Assembly: GCA_034669905.1 (NCBI GenBank)
Contig: JAXMOL010000060.1
Coordinates: 1-44,820 of the forward strand
DNA length: 44,820 nucleotides
DNA from: Candidatus Hydrogenedentota bacterium
GTDB lineage: Bacteria; Hydrogenedentota; Hydrogenedentia; Hydrogenedentales; JAEUWI01
Direction of reading: 5' to 3'
Shown here: positions 38,904 to 44,820 of the stretch, in pieces
Layout of the letters: each line of letters opens with the position of its first letter
How positions within the stretch are numbered: the first letter of the stretch is position 1
Position numbers and translations under genes: made by a program
The notes under the pieces: model-generated
Told to the model about the DNA's origin: nothing
Databases searched by the model: none
The model's input: the letters and a program-made list of their open reading frames with translations, nothing else

Positions 38904-39389
38904 ATGGTTTACTATGGTGTAATACTCGCATTGTTCGTGTCGTTGGCAAGTGGATTGGCCGGATGTTCGGCCACGGAGTCGTCACCGGAGGCCCCGACGC
39001 CAAAGGAAGAGATGGCCAGTGCGCCGGCTGAATCGGCGGCACCTGTAGCGACCGAGGCAGCGCCGGTCGACCCCTATTCGGAAAATGGTGATGAGACCAA
39101 CCTCGCGCCCATTACGCTGGAGCCCTTCACGGTCAAAGCGTTGCACATTGGTGAATTGTCGGTCGGACATTTTAACTTGTATGTCGAAGGTGGCGAACCG
39201 GCCGTGGTTCGGGCCTGGGTGGGCGACGAAAAAGCATCGGATGTGATGGTTACCAAAGCAGAATTTGAGGTGGACCATCACTGCGCCCACATTGAAGTGC
39301 CTTCGCCCTTGCCGGAAGATGCGCGGCTTTGGGTCGAATTGGAGACGGCGGACGGAAAGCGCATGAAGGGGAGCGCCGACGTCCAGTAG
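38904..39389 (+). CDS. Hypothetical lipoprotein (paralogue A), putative metal-binding accessory protein
   Basis: SD AAGGAGG, lipobox LAGC, GHFNL...DHHCAHIEVP. Confidence 0.8.
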   Translation: MVYYGVILALFVSLASGLAGCSATESSPEAPTPKEEMASAPAESAAPVATEAAPVDPYSENGDETNLAPITLEPFTVKALHIGELSVGHFNLYVEGGEPAVVRAWVGDEKASDVMVTKAEFEVDHHCAHIEVPSPLPEDARLWVELETADGKRMKGSADVQ

Positions 39390-39455
39390 TGCATAGCGTA
39401 TGGGGTGTGGGCAATTGGGCCCACACCCCACTTGGCATACATGGAGAGACGTGTT

Positions 39456-39893
39456 ATGAAAAACGTGTTGATGGTGTGGGTTGCAACAATTGCCCTTTTT
39501 ACCGGGTGCGGTGGTGGCTCGGAAGTCGCGGAGAACTCGGATCCGGTTGAAAGCGTGGAGGCGTCGAGTGAAACGGTGGTGGACACGATTCCCATGACAG
39601 ACCTGGCTCCCCTGACCATCGGGGTTTACCAGGTTCAACCCATGTATGAAGAAGAACTAAAGGATGGCCATTTTAATCTCCGCATCACGGGCGGTGAAGT
39701 GGCTGCGGTCCCTGAATGGGTCGGGCCGGAAGATGCGTCCGGCGTGGTGGTTGTGAAAACGGAAATCGAAAACGATTATCACCACGGGCATATCGAGATG
39801 CCGGACCCTATCCCCGCCGATGCGCGGCTTTGGATCGAGATTGAGGCGCCCGACGGCAGCCTGCACAAAGGCAGTGTGCCCCTGGCCTCCTAG
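39456..39893 (+). CDS. Hypothetical lipoprotein (paralogue B), putative metal-binding accessory protein
   Basis: Lipobox FTGC, GHFNL...DYHHGHIEMP. Clearly homologous to 38904-39389. Confidence 0.8.
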   Translation: MKNVLMVWVATIALFTGCGGGSEVAENSDPVESVEASSETVVDTIPMTDLAPLTIGVYQVQPMYEEELKDGHFNLRITGGEVAAVPEWVGPEDASGVVVVKTEIENDYHHGHIEMPDPIPADARLWIEIEAPDGSLHKGSVPLAS

Positions 39894-40013
39894 TCACGGA
39901 GACAAGATTTGCCGACACGGCGACAATCCCCTGCGCAGCAATGGAAAGTTCTTCGCACTACCTGATAAGGTAGCAACCATTACCCGGTTTGGTACTTGGA
40001 GAGAAGGATTACC

Positions 40014-42158
40014 ATGTCTCGAATAGCTATTCGATTGTTCTTTGCGGGGTGGATTGTCGCCGCTTGTTGTGTGGCTTCCACCGAGTCTACCGTGCTCATC
40101 GCCGATTTTGAAGGGGATGATTATGGTGAGTGGGAAGTCACGGGAAGGGCCTTTGGCGCCGGTCCTGCGCGGGGTACCCTTCCGGGCCAGAACCCGGTAA
40201 GCGGTTTTGAAGGACAGGGGCTGGTCAACAGCTTCTACGAGGGCGATGATAGTGAAGGTCGGCTGCGCTCACCCCTTTTTACGATTAACCGGCCTTATCT
40301 CAATGTACTCATTGGTGGCGGCGCTCATGCGGGAAAGACCTGTTTTAATCTCCTGATCAACGAGGTTGTTCGCCTCAGTTTCGTCGGTAGGGAATCGGAG
40401 CAGCTGGAATGGCGGTCCATCGACCTCTCTCACCTGCAGGGGGCGACCGCACGCATCGAAATTGTGGACCAGCAGCAAGGGGGCTGGGGGCACATTAACG
40501 TCGACCACATTGAATTAAGCGATGTGTCGCGCGCAGCAACGGTGTCCCTGCGTGATCCCGATGCGCCTGCCCGCCGCGTAACTATTGACCGGCCCTACCT
40601 CCATCTTCCGGTGAAGACAGGCACGCCCAAACAACGCATGCGCCTGGTCGTGGGCAATACCCTGCTCGATGAATTTGATATTGAGTTGGCGTTGGTGAAT
40701 CCCGATTTTTATACCTTCGTGGACCTTTCCGCCTATAGGGGGCAGGAACTCGCTATCGAGGCGGACATTCCCGGCGATGAGTTGTTTGTGCTGGACGGGC
40801 TCGAACTACACGATACGCCCCCGGGTGCCGAAGGAGCCTATCAGGAGCGCTATCGGCCCCAGTTCCACTTTTCCGCACGGCGCGGTTGGCTGAATGATCC
40901 GAATGGACTCGTGTATTTCCAGGGTGAATACCATCTCTTCTTCCAGCACAATCCCTATGGCTGGAATTGGGGTAACATGCATTGGGGACACGCGGTAAGT
41001 CGCGATCTGGTCCATTGGGAAGAGCTACCTGTTGCACTCACCCCGAGGGCCTACGGCGACTGGGCCTTTTCCGGCAGCGCGGTCATCGATTGGAAAAATA
41101 CGTCGGGCTTTCAAAGTGGTCCCGAGCCCCCCTTGGTGATTGCCTTCACCTCCACTGGGCGGGGCGAGTGCATTGCCTACAGCCGCGACCGGGGGCGGAC
41201 CTTTAGCGAGTTCTCTGGTAATCCGGTCGTTAAACATGACGGTCGGGACCCGAAGCTTATCTGGCATGGGCCCAGTAATCAGTGGGTGATGGCGGTTTAT
41301 GAGATTCTGAATGAAGGCACGCCGGAGAAACAGCAGACCATTGGATTCTATACGTCGCCTGACCTTAAGGTGTGGACCCATCAGAGCAATCTGGAGGGCT
41401 TTTATGAGTGTCCCGAGCTTTTTGAGTTGCCGGTGGATGGCAACCACGAGGAGACACGCTGGGTAGTGTATGGGGCCGACAATGCCTACATGGTAGGGGC
41501 TTTCGATGGGAGCACCTTTACGCCCGAGGGTCCGAAACAACCGGGTGTCCACGGGGGGGCCTTCTACGCGGCCCAGACTTACAGCGATATTGCCGCCTCC
41601 GATGGACGGCGTATCGAAATCGGATGGCTCCGTTCGGGGCACGCCGAGATGCCCTTCAATCAGATGATGGCCTTCCCCACTTCCCTCTCCCTGCGCCGTA
41701 CTCCGGAGGGCATACGTTTATACAAAGAGCCGGTGTGGGAGATTACGGCCTTGCACGAGGAAAGTCGGGCCTGGCAGGAGGTGAGTCTGACGGCAGGCGG
41801 CAATCTCCTGGAGGATTTTTCGGGGGAATTGATTCACCTTGAGATGGATATTGCGCCGCAGGATGCCGATAGGATTACCCTCGATCTCCGCGGGGTCACC
41901 GTGGTCTATCATCCCACAACGGAAACGCTCCAGATGGGCGAAATCTCAGTGCCCCTTCCCCTCGAAGAGGGTGCCATACACCTGGAGGTATTGGTGGACC
42001 GCTTGTCCGTCGAGCTTTATGGCAACTATGGTGCGGTCTACGTGCCCCTGGCGATTGCCCCCGACCTGGAGAATCGCCGCCTCTCCCTGCACGTGGATTC
42101 CGGTACGGCGATGCTCAAGGGCATGGTCGCCCACCGTCTCAAGTCTGCATGGAAGTGA
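40014..42158 (+). CDS. GH32 glycoside hydrolase (levanase/beta-fructofuranosidase-like), secreted
   Basis: WLNDPNG, HWGHAVS, FSGSA, RDP, ECP, FYAAQT. Confidence 0.95.
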   Translation: MSRIAIRLFFAGWIVAACCVASTESTVLIADFEGDDYGEWEVTGRAFGAGPARGTLPGQNPVSGFEGQGLVNSFYEGDDSEGRLRSPLFTINRPYLNVLIGGGAHAGKTCFNLLINEVVRLSFVGRESEQLEWRSIDLSHLQGATARIEIVDQQQGGWGHINVDHIELSDVSRAATVSLRDPDAPARRVTIDRPYLHLPVKTGTPKQRMRLVVGNTLLDEFDIELALVNPDFYTFVDLSAYRGQELAIEADIPGDELFVLDGLELHDTPPGAEGAYQERYRPQFHFSARRGWLNDPNGLVYFQGEYHLFFQHNPYGWNWGNMHWGHAVSRDLVHWEELPVALTPRAYGDWAFSGSAVIDWKNTSGFQSGPEPPLVIAFTSTGRGECIAYSRDRGRTFSEFSGNPVVKHDGRDPKLIWHGPSNQWVMAVYEILNEGTPEKQQTIGFYTSPDLKVWTHQSNLEGFYECPELFELPVDGNHEETRWVVYGADNAYMVGAFDGSTFTPEGPKQPGVHGGAFYAAQTYSDIAASDGRRIEIGWLRSGHAEMPFNQMMAFPTSLSLRRTPEGIRLYKEPVWEITALHEESRAWQEVSLTAGGNLLEDFSGELIHLEMDIAPQDADRITLDLRGVTVVYHPTTETLQMGEISVPLPLEEGAIHLEVLVDRLSVELYGNYGAVYVPLAIAPDLENRRLSLHVDSGTAMLKGMVAHRLKSAWK

Positions 42159-44533
42159 ACGCCCAGGTGAATGAGAACGGCGGTCTCTCGGACGTTTCGA
42201 CAAAGCGTACCCTGCTGTGGTGTCTGCTCGCGGCATTGGTCTTTTATGGTGTCTTCTGGAGCGCCTACCGCAGTATCGATGACGAACTCTACCGTAACCG
42301 CGACGATGGCATCATCACGGTGAGCCATGCCCGCAACTGGGTCGACTATGGCACCATCAGCGTCAACCCCTCGGGAGAGCGGGTGGAAGGCTTCTCCTCT
42401 CCCCTGCAGTTCTTGCTCTTCTCAGGGGCCTACAAAATAACGGGAATGCATTACGACCTCTATTTCCGTTTGGTCACGTCCGCTGCCGCCCTCGTAATGG
42501 GCTGCCTGATTTTCTGGCTCTGTCTGCCCTATCGAATCGGCGGGCTATTGCTGGGCAGTGTGGCGGCCATCGCATTGACGCGGGATTTCAGCTTTATCGA
42601 GTGGCACGCGTCGGGTATGGAAAACGCCCTCACCCACGCCAGTTTTCTCCTGGCCGTCGTGTTGCTCGTGCGCATGTATGTACGTCAGCGCATGGTCCTC
42701 ATTTACGCGCCGTTGATCTTTGCCGCTTCCATCGCACGCATTGAAAGTATCTACCATATCGGTCCGTTGTTGGTGCTCTTTGCATTTTGCTGGTTGTGGC
42801 AATTTGGCCAATGGCGGGGCTTCGCCTTCATAGGACTGGTGCTGATGCTTTGGACGGTGTTTTTTGCCGTGCGCAGCCACTACTTCGGGGCCTTGTTTCC
42901 CAATACGGCGGCAGCCCAGGGTATCTCCATCGCTGATCGCCTCCGGTTTCTCCTGGTCGGCAATGAGAACTTCCTGGCCCGTTCGTGGGAACTCACCCGT
43001 ACCCTTTTTCTTTGGCATCATGGGTTTCTCCTGCTCCCCATAGCGGCTTGCCTGCCTTTCCTGCACTATTCGCGGAAGACGGTCTTGTCGCTTTTCTTGT
43101 TGCTGAGTCTCGCGACGACGGGATTGCTAAGTCCCTATCTCTTTGGCGCCGCCCGGCTCGATGTAACCCAACTGAGCACCCAGGTGGCCCTCGCCCTGGT
43201 GGCCCTCGCGGTACTGGTAGCCCTGCACACCCGACGTCCCCGATACCGCTATGTCACCGTGCCGGTATTGCTGGTATCACTCTCGGCGCTGCTCTACATG
43301 GGACACACCCGATGGGATCACAAACCCTACTACCTCTGGTTTTCGGAGAAGGTGTTTGAACAGTATCGGGAAAAGCTCGTCGCCCTCCGTGAAAAACACG
43401 ATATCCCCCGCCCCACGGTGGCCAACCCGGATCTCGGGCTCATGAGCTGGCACAAGGACGTCAATATCGTGGATCTGGGCTACCTCGGAAATCCGGGCTT
43501 GACGGCCCTCGATGCTATCCCCAGCGGGACCAAGCGCGAGGTGGCGAATTACTTTTTCGATATCGCGGCTCCTGATTTAATTGAGATGCACGGCGTCTGG
43601 TCGGAGCGGCATGCCCATCTCTTCAAAGACCGCCGCTTCCACGAACGTTATGCCGCCGTGGAGTCGGAGGTGGATGGGTTCCTGCAGAAGCGCTTTAACC
43701 GTTCGGCCAATTTCCGGGCGGAATATGGGGCCTATGTGCGCACCGGCTACTGGGTCCGCCGCGACATGATGGCCGACAGCGGTTCACGGGAGCGGACCCT
43801 GGTGGATGCCTTACGTGCCGGACCCACGTTGTCCCGGCTGGAAGAGGAACTGGCGCGCTGCAAGGCGGAAGGGTTAACGCCCGAGGAGTGTGCTTATGTC
43901 GTTCGCAGCGCCTATCGCTTTATTCCGGAATTCGTTGCGCAGGGAAGCTACGAAGCGTTGGTGACGCTCTTTCAACGGGGGGCTGCCGTCCTGGGGTACA
44001 CGACGGCACTGCTGGAAGGGCGAACGGACGGCAATTGGTCGAAGGCGTTGGTGGACTATGTCGTGGCCTATACCCCGGAGCGGATCGGCCGACAGATGGA
44101 AGTAGATTATCACGCCACTTTTGCTTCACCGAAAACCTCCCGGATGGCGGAGTCGGAGCTTATAGCGCCGGGATTGCGTCTGGAGAATGTCGCATTCTCG
44201 CGGGAGGCGGACGGTTGGGCCAGGCTGCAACTCTATTTCACGGTGAAGGCCCCTATCGAGCAAGACTGGAAAATCTACATTCACGGAGTCGTTGAGCCGG
44301 GGAAAGAGAACCTACTGCCGGCGTCGGAACAAGGTCGGGAATTCCTGAACTGGGATGTGGGCTTTTCTGATCCGCCCTCCAGCGAATGGCACCGCTACTC
44401 ACGGGTGGTAATTACCCAATACGTCCCCCACGCCGACGCCGTCAATGCCATCCGGGTGGGACTCTATCTGCCTGGAAAGGGTGCGTTGGGAAATGGTGTG
44501 GAAGTTTCCCTCTCGTCGGCGGAGGAATCGTAA
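42149..44533 (+). CDS. Multi-pass membrane GT-C-like glycosyltransferase/hypothetical protein
   Basis: DDGIITVSHARN...GERVEGFSSPL, SGMENAL, RIE, YFGALFPNT, about 10 TM segments plus a periplasmic C-terminus. Start uncertain. Confidence 0.75.
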   Translation: MEVNAQVNENGGLSDVSTKRTLLWCLLAALVFYGVFWSAYRSIDDELYRNRDDGIITVSHARNWVDYGTISVNPSGERVEGFSSPLQFLLFSGAYKITGMHYDLYFRLVTSAAALVMGCLIFWLCLPYRIGGLLLGSVAAIALTRDFSFIEWHASGMENALTHASFLLAVVLLVRMYVRQRMVLIYAPLIFAASIARIESIYHIGPLLVLFAFCWLWQFGQWRGFAFIGLVLMLWTVFFAVRSHYFGALFPNTAAAQGISIADRLRFLLVGNENFLARSWELTRTLFLWHHGFLLLPIAACLPFLHYSRKTVLSLFLLLSLATTGLLSPYLFGAARLDVTQLSTQVALALVALAVLVALHTRRPRYRYVTVPVLLVSLSALLYMGHTRWDHKPYYLWFSEKVFEQYREKLVALREKHDIPRPTVANPDLGLMSWHKDVNIVDLGYLGNPGLTALDAIPSGTKREVANYFFDIAAPDLIEMHGVWSERHAHLFKDRRFHERYAAVESEVDGFLQKRFNRSANFRAEYGAYVRTGYWVRRDMMADSGSRERTLVDALRAGPTLSRLEEELARCKAEGLTPEECAYVVRSAYRFIPEFVAQGSYEALVTLFQRGAAVLGYTTALLEGRTDGNWSKALVDYVVAYTPERIGRQMEVDYHATFASPKTSRMAESELIAPGLRLENVAFSREADGWARLQLYFTVKAPIEQDWKIYIHGVVEPGKENLLPASEQGREFLNWDVGFSDPPSSEWHRYSRVVITQYVPHADAVNAIRVGLYLPGKGALGNGVEVSLSSAEES

Positions 44534-44690
44534 GCACAGCCGCCCCCCACGCTCCTGGAGGTCGCATTCGCCCCGGTGGCGAATACCTTCCCTTTGCCAA
44601 TGACAGGACAGCCACGCCCAGCCACACTTTCTACCCCTACACAACGACGCCTGCCGTCCAAAGTTTTTCAGGAGTACAGCGTTATCCCTC

Positions 44691-44745
44691 AGGGCGAGGC
44701 AGTCCCTGAGTGGTTCCTATGAAGCGTAGGGACTGCCGCGCCCCT
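44691..44745. repeat. REP doublet, GTAGGGACTGCC family
   Basis: AGGGCGAGGCAGTCCCTGAG ... GTAGGGACTGCCGCGCCCCT. Confidence 0.6.
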
Positions 44746-44820
44746 TGACGTCGTTCGCCGCTATCGCCTTGGTGGCCAGCACATTCCCATCGCTCACGGA
44801 GGAGCACGAAGACGGCGGTG

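Overview
GC-rich bacterial chromosomal window. The DUF1559 paralogue style and the DUF1549/DUF1553 plus DUF1501 pair suggest Ca. Hydrogenedentota or a PVC-like lineage (inference). From left to right it holds: a palindromic REP/BIME-like repeat array; a minus-strand amino-sugar/surface polysaccharide cluster (2x DegT, epimerase, GT2, acetyltransferase, Gfo/Idh/MocA, SGNH, GmhA-like); three prepilin-type DUF1559/H-X9-DG paralogues with a cold-shock gene among them; a deoxyhypusine-synthase-like hypothetical; two GDPDs; alaS; a large lipoprotein; an ~8 kb segment bracketed by two inverted ~283 bp MITE copies; a cadA/zntA versus czcCBA-like heavy-metal divergon; a GH32; and a GT-C-like membrane protein. 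The main candidate for a new system is a pair of His/Cys-rich small ORFs ending in the arrest-type motif RGPP. One lies ahead of a DUF1559 pilin-like gene and the other ahead of the RND metal efflux operon. A ~300 nt structured leader precedes the neighbouring DUF1559 gene. Together these suggest ligand- or metal-controlled pilin-like uptake proteins. All calls come from reading the sequence and motifs by eye; no searches were run.
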